Below are positions 24,066 through 36,550 of a stretch of 64,000 nt of DNA, in pieces (position 1 is the stretch's first letter; the number at the start of each line of letters is the position of its first letter). The translations under genes were made by a program, and so were the position numbers. The notes below the pieces were generated by a model that saw only the letters and a list, made by a program, of their open reading frames with translations, had not been told where the DNA came from and searched no databases. The DNA comes from Reclinomonas americana ATCC 50394. Lineage: Eukaryota. The stretch is from positions 150,511 through 214,510 of the forward strand of contig PS015059.1 of assembly GCA_048213135.1 (NCBI GenBank). The letters are read 5' to 3'.

Positions 24066-26865
24066 ATGGACGAGGAAGAGGAAGAGTTCGCCATTGACGA
24101 CGGCGACGAAGATGCGGAAGAGTACGATGCCGAGGTCGACGAAGGCGACGGAGTGCCAGTGTCCATGGACGACGACTCCTCGTCGATGATGCTGCAGAGT
24201 GACGATGTGGCCGAGGATGAAGACATGGACGATGAGTATGCAGGCGGTGGAGGCATGCTGCTGCCACCAGAGCCCTCGCAAGCACCACTGCCTACTCCCA
24301 CTCCTCCTCCACCTCCACCTCCACCTCCCGTCATGCGCCCAGTGGCGGGAATCGCACAGTTGAGCAGTCGCCGCAGACCGCCACCTGCAGCCGCACGCGT
24401 GGCCACACCACCCGTGGAAGAGGCGAGTGTGTCTTTATGTGGAAGAGCATGAGTGACAGTGATTGATGATGATGTGATTGATTGCAGGGAGTGGTGGTTC
24501 CGCCTCCGCCAGCAGAAGATGGAACTGCGAGAGTGCAGCTGCCGACAACGGCGCCTCCACCACCCGCAGTGAAGCGCTCCAAGGTCAAGTCGAACCCAGC
24601 GGCTGTGCCTGGTGCTGCTGCTGCACCAGTGGCTGTTGTGGTGGAGTCGAGCAGTGATCAGGAGTTGCTACCGGGTGAGAGCGAGGAGAGCAAGCGACGC
24701 CGCGATGTGCGGAACCAGCGGGAGCGCGAGCGGCGGCGGAAGAAGCGGTTGGAGTCCAAGGGCGGGTCAGAGGAGCCGGGCGGTGAGTGCGTCTCTTTCT
24801 CTCTTCTCTCTCTGCGTAGGCGAGTGCTGATGGCTTTCACGCAGATGCATCACCGGCCATCTCAACCATGCCGCCGCCGGCTCCGGTGCCGTCACGGTCG
24901 CAGACGCCCACACCGACTCCTGTTCGCGCCGTGTCGCCAGCGCCGACTGCGTCACCGAGAGTACCCGCGGCTGCCGTCACTGGCGCTTCTGGTGCCGGTG
25001 GTGCTATTGTTGCTGCGGCAGGCAGTCGACAGTCGAGCGAGCCAGCGTATCTGCAGCACAAGTACCCGGTGACATTCGGCATCATCACGCTGATCGATCC
25101 GGGTCGAGTGGACTGCACGCGACCCGAGTTCCACACCAGTCGCTACATTTTCCCCATTGGCTACAAGATCACTCGCGAGTACTTTTCGACAAAGGTGGCC
25201 GACGAGAGGTGTGTGCAGAGGGGTCGAGGGGAAGATTGTGCGCGCCGACACTGCGCCCATGTTTGCGCACCCGCGTTGCAGAACACTGTATGTGTGCGAG
25301 ATCGAGGACGACGGCGACAAGCCACTGTTTGTCGTGTATCCGAGTGGGGCGCCGGAGCAGGGCGTCCGAGCAGCGACCGCCACGGGTGCTTGGGGTCCGG
25401 TGCGCCATCGCATATCTCTGTTTGTGTGTGTGTCTTTGTATGCGCAGCCGTGTGACGTCGAGTTGTCTGAGCAGATTGTCAAGGAGGCCAACGAGCTGAA
25501 ATCCGAGGGCAAGCGCATGTCGTCGACCGTGTCGGGGCCCGACTACTTTGGTCTCAACAACCTTAACGTCATCAAGGTGTGTATGTGTGTGTAGGGGGTG
25601 AATGGTGTGCTGCAGTGTGCTGTTGCTCATGTCGCCGCAGATTATCGAGTCGTTGCCGAATGCCGACCGCTGTGCGAGCTATCTGCCGCGTGGAGCGAGT
25701 GGTGGCAAGGTGGCCAAGGTTGGGTGATGCACTTGTGCCTGCACACACACCTATTGCTCTTTCATGCTTACATGCAATGCAGCCGGTCGCCAAGGGCGGC
25801 AAGGAGTCTGCGCCGACGGTGACGAAGAAACGTGTCTCGGATGCCATGTCAGGTGAGGCGTCGCGCGTCGTTCACATGAGTGCACACGTGCCTCACGCAC
25901 TCGCTGCTTCTGTATCGTAGCAAGTGGTGGTGGTGGCGGGTCTGAGGCCGAGGAAGGACCGTTGCAAAAGGTGTGGTGGTGGTGGAATGTTGGGGGCGAC
26001 TTGGTGCAGTCATCTGCTCACACATCCCTGCCTCACAGCGTGCACGCACCGAGTTCTTCATGCCAGTGGTGATTGAGCCGACAGATGGTGCGTGTCTTGT
26101 GTGCCTCGTTTGCCTGTCCTCCGCTGACTTCTGTTTCGCTGACGCAGTGGATCGACGCTTCACTGCGCTGGACGATTATCTGCTGCGCGAGGCGTGCGAG
26201 CACATGTGGGACATGAACACCATCCTGCGCACTGTGCGCTTCTCCACGCGGTTCAAGCCGTCGGACTTGGAACATCGATGGCGACGACTGCTGTACGATC
26301 CTCACTTGGCACTGACACGCGAGGAGCTGCATGTGCCACCGACGATTGATTTGCTGACCGAGTTGCGCGACAAGCAACGGGGAGACGGGGAGAAGAGAGT
26401 CGCATGTTTGTTAACCCAGCGTTGTGTGCAGATGCCGAATCCAGGCCTCTATCGCCGACCAGTCGCCCATGACGTTTTCAAGTGCGGCGGTTGCGGCGTC
26501 TGCCACTCCGCCAGCCATTACGTACATCAAGGCACCGTACACTGCGCAGGAGGATGCGCTTATTCGCAAGGAGGTATGCCTCGTCTCGCATTCACAAGTG
26601 CTTGTCGATGCTCATGGTGCGCCGTTGGTAGTGGGAGGAGACGCGCGGCCGACCGAATTTTGATCGGCTCCTCAGCCTCAATCCCCACGTGTTTGATGCT
26701 TCGCGATCGGCGCGCAGCATCGAGACCCACTTTTATCGCATCAAGAAGAAGGTGCGTGCGCGCACACACCCATGCATCCTCCAGTTGCATGCACACAGCC
26801 GCCTCACACACATACACACGATGCAGTGGGACCTCAGCGACTATGCGGTACCCGAGGATACCTGA
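24066..26865 (+). CDS. Nuclear protein with FYRN/FYRC domains fused to an MCRS_N-like domain
   Basis: FHTSRYIFPIGYKITREYFS...YVCEI...SGPDYFGL...IIESLPNA (FYR); FTALDDYLL...VRFSTRFKPSDLEHRWRRLLYDP and FDRLLSLNPHVFDASRSARSIETHF (MCRS1 N-terminal region). Confidence 0.75.
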
Positions 26866-27135
26866 CGGGTGGATACCAAACGCTGCTAGCTTTAAAAAAC
26901 CATACACACAGAAAAGCTCGTCTCCTTCCCCACCGTTCACTCGAATCCTCCACACACACATACAACTGGAAAAAATACGACGGCTCTTGCTGGGCCGACA
27001 ATCACGCACTTAAACACATACATCACGAAAGAGTCTTCGACGGAAAAAATGAGTAACAGCGACACGCACAAAAGTTGACATCTAATACAGACGCGCACAA
27101 CGCACACACACACATTTCGCTCTCCCCTCCATTCC

Positions 27136-28762
27136 TTACATGATGATCGCGGGCTCCGGGATGGATGCCGTGATCTGCTTGTGGTGCAGGATCTTGCCAC
27201 CGTTGATGTACAGTTCGTCCTTGATGAGCACATCCTCGCCGAGCACCGAGCATCCCTCCATGCGCACCCACTTGCCAATGTTGCCCTCCCAGCCAATGAT
27301 GCTGTGATTGATCCACGAGTTGCTGCCGACCACCGAGCGGTCCATCACAGTGCACTTGGACAGACGCACACCCTGGTCGATGCGGCAGTCGGGTCCAATG
27401 GTCACATTCGGGCCAATGAGGCAGTCGGGGCCGACTTGCGCGGTCGGGTGCTGTGCATCACGCACGGATGATTTAGTGGTGCTCGACGCGTCACACACCA
27501 GTACGCTGCTCCTCATGCGACGCAACAATGAGGACATTGCCGACAATGCCCGGCCCGCTGGCCAACTTTTCGGGGTGCGCACGGCGCAGATACGCCAGGT
27601 ACAGGCACATGCCGGTGAGGTAGTCCTTCGGCTGGCCAATGTCCATCCAAAAGCCAGGCAAATCCATGGCGTACAGCTCGCCATCCGACGCCATGGCCGG
27701 GAAGATCTCCTTTTCGATCGACGTCGGCCGCGGCTACCATCGCCACAGAACGTGAGGCAAAGGGGGAGGGAGAAGGAGAGAAGAGGGATAATGACGACGG
27801 CACCTCGATGCGCGAGAGCACCGGCGGATTGAAGATGTAGATGCCGGCATTGATGCGGTTGCCGACATACACCTGCGGCTTCTCCACGAACCGCTCAATC
27901 TCGCCGTTCTCCTTGGTCACCACGACGCCGTACTTGGACGGCTCGTCGACCTTGGTCACCTACGCAACCGGAAAAAAGGAGTTGGAAACACAGCTGCGAG
28001 TCTCTATAATCCACCCTGCCGTGCGCACCATCAGCGTTCCCTCCTTGCCGTGGGAACGGTGGTACTGGAGGAGATCGACGAGTGGGAACTCGCAGATCAC
28101 ATCCGAGTTGAGCACGAAGAAGGGATCGCCGTCATCGAGGATCTCCCTGGCGAGCGCAATCGGACCAGCTGCACGCATCGCCATCAGCAACGAGCATGAA
28201 GAGACTCACACGCTCAAGAAAAGACTCACCCGTGCCAAGCGGCTCCTTCTCCTGCGAGTACGAGATGGTGATATCCAGCTGCGACATACACAAAAGATGA
28301 GCATTTCTTCGCTTTCGCTGCGTGTGGAAGAACAAGACTCGATTCCCCTCTGACCTCCTCGGCCCACACAGCCATGGCCTCCATCATGACCTTGGGCTGG
28401 TAGGCGACGGCCAGCACGACCTCGGTGACACCGGCCTCCTTGAGAGCGCGGATCTGATGCACCACAATGGGCGCGTTGGCAAACGGCACCAGTGGCTTCG
28501 GGCATGACAGCGTCAATGGACGCAGACGAGTGCCAAAGCCGCCCACAAGAATCAGAGCCTGTGAACGGGGCGAGCAGGTGCGTGAGTGAGTGAGTGAGAA
28601 AAGAGTGAGAAATGCCTCCGACAGAAAACACACAGGAGACACACACGCGCGTTTGTGCGTGCACTGAGACACTCTGTCGCTTGCTCTTGTGTGCGCACAT
28701 GGTGCTTGTGCTGCACACAATGAGACACACACACTCGTGCACACTTTTACACACACCTTCAT
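27136..28762 (-). CDS. GMPPB: Mannose-1-phosphate guanylyltransferase beta
   Basis: [63 protein letters not shown], hexapeptide repeats. Confidence 0.97.
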
Positions 28763-28978
28763 GTTGAGGATAACAAGGAATGCAGAGTTAACCGGAGAGG
28801 GAGAGAGCGAGGAGGGAGGTAGAGGAACAGGGACGCAGTCCGTGCGGAACAACGACCGTCGAAGTGAAGTGGAATGGAAGGGGTTTGCGAAGACAGATCG
28901 CTCGCGACCGACCTTGTCCCTCTCTCACACACCGACACACTCACTCTCACTCTCACTCTCATCACGCACACAAGAGCG

Positions 28979-31721
28979 ATGCTGCGACTATGCAGTCGAC
29001 TGGTGGCCAATGAGGTACATGCACACACACACACACACACTTTCTTTCACTCACTCTCCGTCACTCTGCGTTGCCTCTCTCTCTCTGCACTCACGCTGCT
29101 CATTCACTCTGTGAGAAGAAAAGTCGTGCATGCTGACACTTGCAATGATGATGATTCCATGATGCAGTCATTCCATGGCAGTCGGCGCTTTTTCATGCGC
29201 GCCACTCTGCCTGCACTCGCGCCTCCGACTGTCACCTACAAGCTGGCCGACATTGGCGAGGTCAGTGTATGCATGTTGCTTGTCACGCTCCTACTTTTTT
29301 GTCTCTCATGCTCTCTTTGTGTCTATGTGTGTGCGCAGGGCATCAAGGAGGTGGAGGTGCTGTCGTGGCGAGTGGCCGAGGGCGACAAGGTGAAGAAGTT
29401 TGATGCGCTGTGCGAGGTGCAGAGTGATAAGGCCACGGTGGAGATCACCAGTCCGTACCTCGGCACTGTCACCAAGTTGCATGCCAAGGTTGGCCAGATG
29501 GCGCAGGTGAGTGGATGGGGGAAGAGGAGGGAGAGGGTGGGAGAAACAGGGAAGGAAGCTGCTGCGTGAGCGACAGGCATTGGAGAGAGAGAGAAGCACG
29601 GTCGGAGCTCGCCGACTCACCTCCGATGCGTAAGAGAGAGGGAGGGAGAGTGACATCAGAGAAGGGAGGCATGCATGCATGATGCACACAGGAAGCAGAT
29701 AAGCGTTAGAGAGAGAGAGACACGGTCGGAGCTCGCCGACACCTGAGATGCGTAGTCGAGCAAGCAGGCTTCAGAAAGTGCAGTGAAAGTGTGAGCTGCG
29801 CCACAGTCGCGTGCGTGATGCACACAGGAAGCAGGCAGGCTGGAGCTTGCCGATTCACCAAAGATGCGCATTCGAGCAAGCAGGTTTCAGAGAGCGGAGA
29901 GAAGGTGTGAGCTGCACCACAGTCGCGTGAGTGAGGCACACTGGATGTAGGCAGGCTCACCTGAGATGCGTGGTCGAGCAGGCTGTCGTTAGAGAGATAG
30001 AGAAAGGAGCCCTCCGACACGCCACTCTAGCGTGAGTCAATCTCGTTGAAAAGGAAACATTCGCGCTCTCCGTCCCCTTCTTCCACTCAAAATCTGACGC
30101 GCGAAATCGTTGTTGGCAGGTCGGAGCGCCGCTAGTGGACTTTGAGGTGGCAGGCATTGGTGCAGCGCCTGCCAAGCCAGCGGCGGCGACTGCTTCCGCT
30201 CCCGCGGCAGCGTCTGCGCCGGCGGCGGCAGCACCTGCACCGGCGGCCGCTGAGACTGCTCCCGCCGCTTCCGGTTACGACAAGCGAGCCATTGCGACGC
30301 CGGCCGTGCGCAGAATCTCTCGCGAGTACAACGTTCCGCTCAATCAAGTGCAAGGTGAGCTCGTGCATGCACACGAGAGAAGATTGTCTTGGTCTTGTTG
30401 TTCACCTGTGGCTTGGTAGGCTCCGGCAAGGAAGGCCGCGTGCTGAAGGGTGACATTCTGGCGTTTGTCGAGGGTCGTCAGAGTGGCGCTGCTGCCACCA
30501 CCACCGCCTCTGCTGCCACCGCCTCTGCACCTACCTCTTCTCCGTCGCCGGCGTCTGCTGGCCTGGCGGTTGCCGATACGTTGCGTCTACATACGTCTCG
30601 TTCCGAGTTCATCACACGTAAATTCACTCCATGGTGCGCGCAGCGTGCTGCCTGTGCGTGGCCTGATGAGGGCCATGGTGAAGACCATGACTGCCGCCAA
30701 TGCCGTGCCACACTTTGGGTGCGCCTTGCCGTCCCTCATCGCCGCCGCTTTGCAGTTCACCTGACGCCTACGCGCGTGCTTTTGCAGATACTGCGAGGAG
30801 TACACGTTTGACGCGCTCATCGCGCTGCGCAAGCAGGTGAACGAGGTGTCGGCCGAGCAGGGCATCAAGTTGACGTACTTGCCGTTCATCATGAAGGTCA
30901 TTGACGAGAGATGTGTAACACGCGCGTCACTGCGTCTCATCAATTGTGTGCACAGGCTTGCTCGCTGGCGTTGAAGCAGTACCCAATCCTCAACAGCCAC
31001 GTGAATGCCGACTGCACCGAGGTGTTGCTGAAGGGCAGCCACAACATTGGTGTTGCGATGGACACACCGCAGGGTATGTGCACGTGTGCATTGTTGCGTT
31101 CCCTTTGTTTGCGAACGACTCATTGTTGTGCGCGACAGGCCTTCTCGTGCCTGTGGTGAAGAACTGCGAGAGCAAGAGCGTGTTGGAGATTGGCGCCGAG
31201 CTCAAGCGGCTGCAGACCATTGGTGAGTGTACGAGGTCTCTCATTTCCTCTTGCCACTACTGACCCCGGAGCGACCCGCAGGCGCCGATGGCAAGCTCGG
31301 TTCCGATGACCTCACCGGCGGCACATTCACTCTGTCCAACATTGGCGCCATTGGCGGCACCTACGCCAAGCCCGTGGTCTTTGTGCCTCAGGTGCGTGAC
31401 GGCAGATTGAGGGTGGGGTGATGAGAAAGTGGACCGACACTGAGAAACACGCATGCGCACAGGTGTGCATTGGCGCCGTGGGCAAGCTGCAGCGAGTGCC
31501 GCGTTTCGATGCCAACGACAATGTGATCCCGGCATCCATTGTTCAGGTGCGCTGTCTCCCTTCGCTGCTCTGTGCGTTGCCTTGCGCGCGCTCACACGCG
31601 ACTGCAGATGAGCTGGTCGGCTGATCACCGAGTGATTGATGGAGCAACAATGGCCAACTTCTCCAACTTGCTGAAGCAATACCTGGAGAACCCCGTCACC
31701 ATGCTCGCGGCGCTGCGGTAA
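28979..31721 (+). CDS. DBT: Branched-chain alpha-keto acid dehydrogenase E2 (dihydrolipoamide transacylase)
   Basis: [72 protein letters not shown]. Confidence 0.95.
29585..29985. repeat. Degenerate ~110-125 bp tandem repeat (3-4 copies) inside a long DBT intron (29507-30119)
   Basis: Recurring blocks ggagct[ct]gccga, cacc...gatgcg, tcgagca(agca)gg, gtgtgagctgc[ag]ccacagtcgcgtg, tgatgcacacaggaagcag. Confidence 0.7.
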
Positions 31722-31833
31722 ATTGTGATCCTGTTGTGCGTATGTATGTGTGTGTGTGTGCGATTGTTTTGAAAGAGTGAAGGAGTCACTGGGTTTAAAC
31801 AGTGCTTTTGTTGGGGAATTTAATTAGTGCGTG

Positions 31834-33312
31834 TCAGCTCGTGAGGCGCATGACTTCCTCGTAGATCAAAAATGTTACCTGCACGAGTGTGTGAGAGGAT
31901 GCAGTGAGGACATCAATGTGGACGGGGAAGGACACGACGCAACAGCATTGGCCGGGAACGCTCTCGCCATGGTTGGCGAGAAACCGCGAAAGAAACTCCT
32001 CCAGCCCTCTTTTCTGTACATCTGCGCGGCGCTTCTCTTGTCACGACACCGCACTGCATGTGCACAACAACACTACAGTGACGACGACGCACCTGCTGCG
32101 CACAGTCAAAGAACCCACCGTCAAGCCACCGCGCCTTGTACCGTCGTGGTTCATTGTCGCGTTGCACCTGCAGGCGAGACTTGATAACTGCGACGCGCAC
32201 ACTGGACATGAGTGCACATCCATCGCCGTTGTCGCCGCTGCTACAGTCACTCACCATCCTGCGGATAGCTGGCGAGCCAGCACGTGACACCACCGATTCC
32301 GCCCGAGATGAAACCGGCCAGCGGTCCAATCTCCGACGGCTTCACACCCTGCCGATCGGCAAACACGCGTCGCGCGTACTCGTAGCCGCCAAAGTACGCG
32401 GCATACGCCGGTATCTCACGCAAGATGGTGGCCGAGGTGCCGAGGAAGATGCCGCGAATGCCGCGGTCGCGCAAGATCTGCCGCACCACGTCCACCGGAC
32501 CCTTGTACAGCACCTGCTGCGCGGCAATCGACTGCGGCGTCGTGTGGGAGAACTCGTGATGCCGCCGTGTGTCCTGGAACTGCGTCTGCAAGCGTGCCTT
32601 GATCATCTCCACCGGCGAGATCACCGGCGAGTTGGCGAGTCCAGCAAAGGCGCCACACAGCACCGCCTGCGACACGGTCAACTCGTTGCGTGACTCTGCG
32701 CGACAAGATCGTTTGAGGCCATCAAGCAATCGATCTACAGATCCGGGAAAGGGAGCGCAACGGCTGTGATCGAGAATCCACGCCTGCGCTTGTCCATACG
32801 CCAGAAACAGCACGGCATTGACGGCGGCGACGCCAGCCAGCGGACTTGCCATGCCCTTGTACAAGCCGCGAAACTGCACAATCGCATGAGACCAAGGTGA
32901 TGTTATTTGCTGTTCTTCTGCTTCTTTGCGCACGCAACTCCCTCCTCGCGGACAGTGTTGCGGAGGCAATCGATGGGGCCGGCGAAAATGCGCGCGCCAG
33001 CAATCGGAACTGCTCCTTGCGTCTGCAGTCGCGTCTGCGGGCATTGGATCGAGTGAGTGGCGGAGAGAGACACACAGAGAGAGACAAAGAGAGACTGCAG
33101 ACCTTGGCGGTGTCGAGCGGGAACGTGACAGCACACTGGCCCATGCCAGCCAGAGTGCCCGCCAAAAAGTCGCGAACTGGCAGCGGCAGTCGTGATGTTC
33201 CCGCAGCTGTCACGTGCAATCGCAAGTGAGATAGAGGCGGGACGGAGATGGAGAAGAGACTCGGGGCGACGCAACGGTGCTGGTGAACGGCCAGTGCGCC
33301 CTCCTCGTTCAT
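31834..33312 (-). CDS. Mitochondrial carrier (SLC25), carnitine/ornithine carrier-like
   Basis: Three signature motifs PLDTAKTRLQ, PVEMIKARLQ, PQDVIKSRLQ; GLYKGMASPL, REIPAYAAYF, RAFPANAVTF. Confidence 0.92.
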
Positions 33313-33672
33313 CGCCGGCGGATTGCAGTAGTCGCGTCCGGGACATTGTAAAGGTTTCCCTCTTCGCGTTGCACTTGTAGCTGCAGCTCATGCCGATTGT
33401 TCACAGTTAGCGCACTCCTCGACCACGGCAATCTCAAGCCAGGAGCTCGACGTCGCGTGGTGAACGTCGAGCCCCTGCCGCGTGCCACAGACAGTGGCAG
33501 GAGTGAGGCGTGACATTACTGTCACCCCACCATCACTTCCACCCTTGCGCGCCAGCCGTTCCCACGCCCATTTCATTTCTTCGAAGTCGGACAGAGTGCG
33601 TGATGTGCATCTGCACTTGGTCCTCACCCCACTTTTTCACACTCTCTGAGCGCACGCACACACACATCAATC

Positions 33673-34711
33673 ATGGTGCGTTCTCTATGTGTGCGCTGGA
33701 TCACACACGCGCGCGCGAGGTGTGCTCACTTGTGTGCTCACTCAGGGACGAAACAAGCCACCGAAGTTTGCGGCAGTGAAAAAGATCATTAGCCCGCACG
33801 ATGCGCGCATGTTGCGTTGGACTCTTCTGTGTGATGATAGAGAGTGAGAGAGTGCGCATGCTCACTGTCCTGTCACAGCACGCGCGATTTGAAGCAGGAG
33901 AAGAAGGAGGTGGAGAAAAAGTCAACGTTGCGTCGACTCTCTCTCACTCTCCCTCTGCTTCTCTCTCTGTCCTCACTCTCTCCTTGTGCGCGCACAGACC
34001 CAAGGTCCCTGTACAGATGTTCTTCCAGCACAACGAGGCATTGAAGCCGCCATATCACGTGTTGCTCGATACGGTCAGCGTGCTTCTTTTGGTTCATCTC
34101 CTCCTCTTTTGCCTCTTCGCTCATTGCCTCGTCTCCAGAACTTTCTGAACTTTAGCGTGCGCAACAAGCTGGATGTGGTGCAGAGCATGATGGACTGCCT
34201 GCTGGCCAAGTGTTGCGTCACTCTGCCTGTGAGGGAGAGTGAGAGAGATAGAGCTTGAGCTGACTCCTGCGAGCAGGCGTGCCATACATCACCGACTGTG
34301 TGATGGCCGAGTTGGAGAAGCTCGGACCCCAGTTCCGTGTGGCGCTGCGTGTGGCCAAGGATCCGCGCTTCCAGCGTCTCAAGTGCCAGCACAAGGGCAC
34401 CTACGCCGATGACTGCATCTTCCACCGAGTGGAACGGGTGCGTCCGTCTCCGATTCGCCTCTTTTTTGTCTCGCGTGACGCTCACTCCATCTTTGTGTGT
34501 AGAGTCGTGTGTATATTGTGGCCACGTGCGACAAGGATCTCAAGCGGCGACTGCGCAAGCTGCCCGGCGTGCCCATCATGTACATCACCAAGCATCAGTA
34601 CAGCATCGAGAGGCTACCCGACGCGTATGGAGGTGAGCGGCCGGCACCTCCCCCCTCCTCACGTGCACACACATTCCCTCTCACACGTTCGTTGCAGCTC
34701 CACGCAACTAG
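33673..34711 (+). CDS. FCF1: rRNA-processing PIN nuclease Fcf1/Utp24
   Basis: [79 protein letters not shown]. Confidence 0.96.
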
Positions 34712-34821
34712 AGTCTCCCCGCCCATCGTCCCCACTGCAATTGTTGTGTCTTGAGTTATAAAAAGAGAAGAAAGAGAAACGAAGCCATTGTGTTTGTTTT
34801 TCACTCGCTGCGAATGAGCGC

Positions 34822-35796
34822 CTACTTGGCACGCTCGGCGATTGCTCTCTCCGTCTCGGTGCGCAGCGTGGCAATCACCTCGCCCGGTGACGGTGCCTGT
34901 CAAAGGAAGAAGAGGTAAGTGACTGACTGTGACTGCGGCGCGACGGACGGTGTGCTCACCTTGAACACGGACGAGCCGGCCACAATGACATTGGCGCCAG
35001 CGGCCGCCGCCTGCTTCACCGTGTGCGTGTCGAGTCCACCGTCGACACCAATCGACAGCTCCGGCGCCATGGCCCGAATGGCTTCGATCTAAACGAAACA
35101 CACACAGCGTAAGACCAAGCGCGCCAGACACACACAGCCATATGCATGCCTTTGGCAACATGTCCTCCATGAACGGCTGCCCGCCGAACCCCGGCTCCAC
35201 CGTCATCACCAGCACATAATCAATCAGGCGCACATACGGCTCCAGCGCCGACGCCGGCGTCTTCGGCTTGATGGCCAAGCCAACCAGCATCCCCGCCGCC
35301 TTGACACGCTGAATCAGCTCCTCCACGTGCTCTGCGGACGCATTCAGCGACGCACATCGACACGAGACAGTGTGGAGGCGGCATACCCACAGCCTCCACG
35401 TGGAAAATGAACTGGCTGGCGCCGGCTTTGCGGAAATCCTCCAGCCACTTGCCTGCACCGCATCTCAGCAACACGAACGCGCGCGCACACCCCATGCACA
35501 TGCGCTTACACACCGGGATCGGTGACCATCAGATGGCAGTCGAGAAACGCATGCGGGAGGTGCTTGCGCAAGGCAGCCACCACCGGCGCACCAATCGTCA
35601 AGTTATCCACAAAGTGCCCATCCTTGGCGCGCAAGTAAGCCAAACAAGAAGAAAGAAGATGAGAGGAGGAATCCGCACACAAAACCATTACATCAACATG
35701 CAACCAATCCGCGCCCAGCTCCAACATGCGCGCGGCATCATCGCCAAGCCGCGCAAAGTCGCCCGAGAGCAGTGAGGGCGCAATGAGAGCACGCAT
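34822..35796 (-). CDS. RPE: Ribulose-phosphate 3-epimerase
   Basis: [66 protein letters not shown]. Confidence 0.97.
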
Positions 35797-35880
35797 GTGC
35801 AATGCTAAAAAACGCGGAGTCATTTTCCGTTCATCAGACGGCGGCGTTTGTTTGTGTCGAGTCTCTCACTTACTGAACGA

Positions 35881-36506
35881 ATGCCGGTGTGTGTGTGCAT
35901 GTGTGTGCATGTGTATGTGTGCATGTGCGCTCATTGTGTGTTTCGTTTGGTGCAGCAACACGGAGGTCGACGTGGGCACGACGAAGACGACGACGAGGTT
36001 CTCTCTGAGGAGGAGCAACACCGCCGACGCGCGCACTCTCTCCAGCAGCAGCAGCAGCAGCAGCAGCAACGGCGTGGGTCGACGAGTAGTGGGCGAGGTG
36101 GTGGGCGGCACTCTTCTGCGCAGCAGCAGTCGCCGTCGTCGGATGATGACGCGCACAATGGAGGAGGCGCGGGTGGTGGTGGAGATGATGATAATGGTGG
36201 TGGTGGGCGGAGGCGTGGGAGTGTGGCGGGCGCGCTGGACTCGGAGTTTGATAGGGTGAGTGCATGTGCAGAGAGAGAGAGAGAGAGAGAGATGTATAAT
36301 TTTTCCCGCACTGTTATTCCTTCCTCTCTCTCTCACACACACACGCGCGCACTCTCTGTCTCTCATACTCCCTCTGCTTGGTTCATACGCACAATGCACG
36401 CGCGCACATGCATACGCGCATACACACACACATTCTTGTATCATCGTCGCACTCACTCCATCTCGCTCTCTCACAACACACCTGGTCGTCCTCCTCTCTC
36501 TCTCAC

Positions 36507-36550
<44 letters not shown>

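Noticed and set aside
29585-29985. CRISPR-like array
   Set aside because: The whole unit is repeated with no unique spacers, there are no cas genes, and the context is a eukaryotic intron.
17763-33312. Mitochondrial/lipoyl metabolic gene cluster (GCSH, DBT, SLC25)
   Set aside because: Interspersed with unrelated nuclear genes; no evidence beyond chance proximity.
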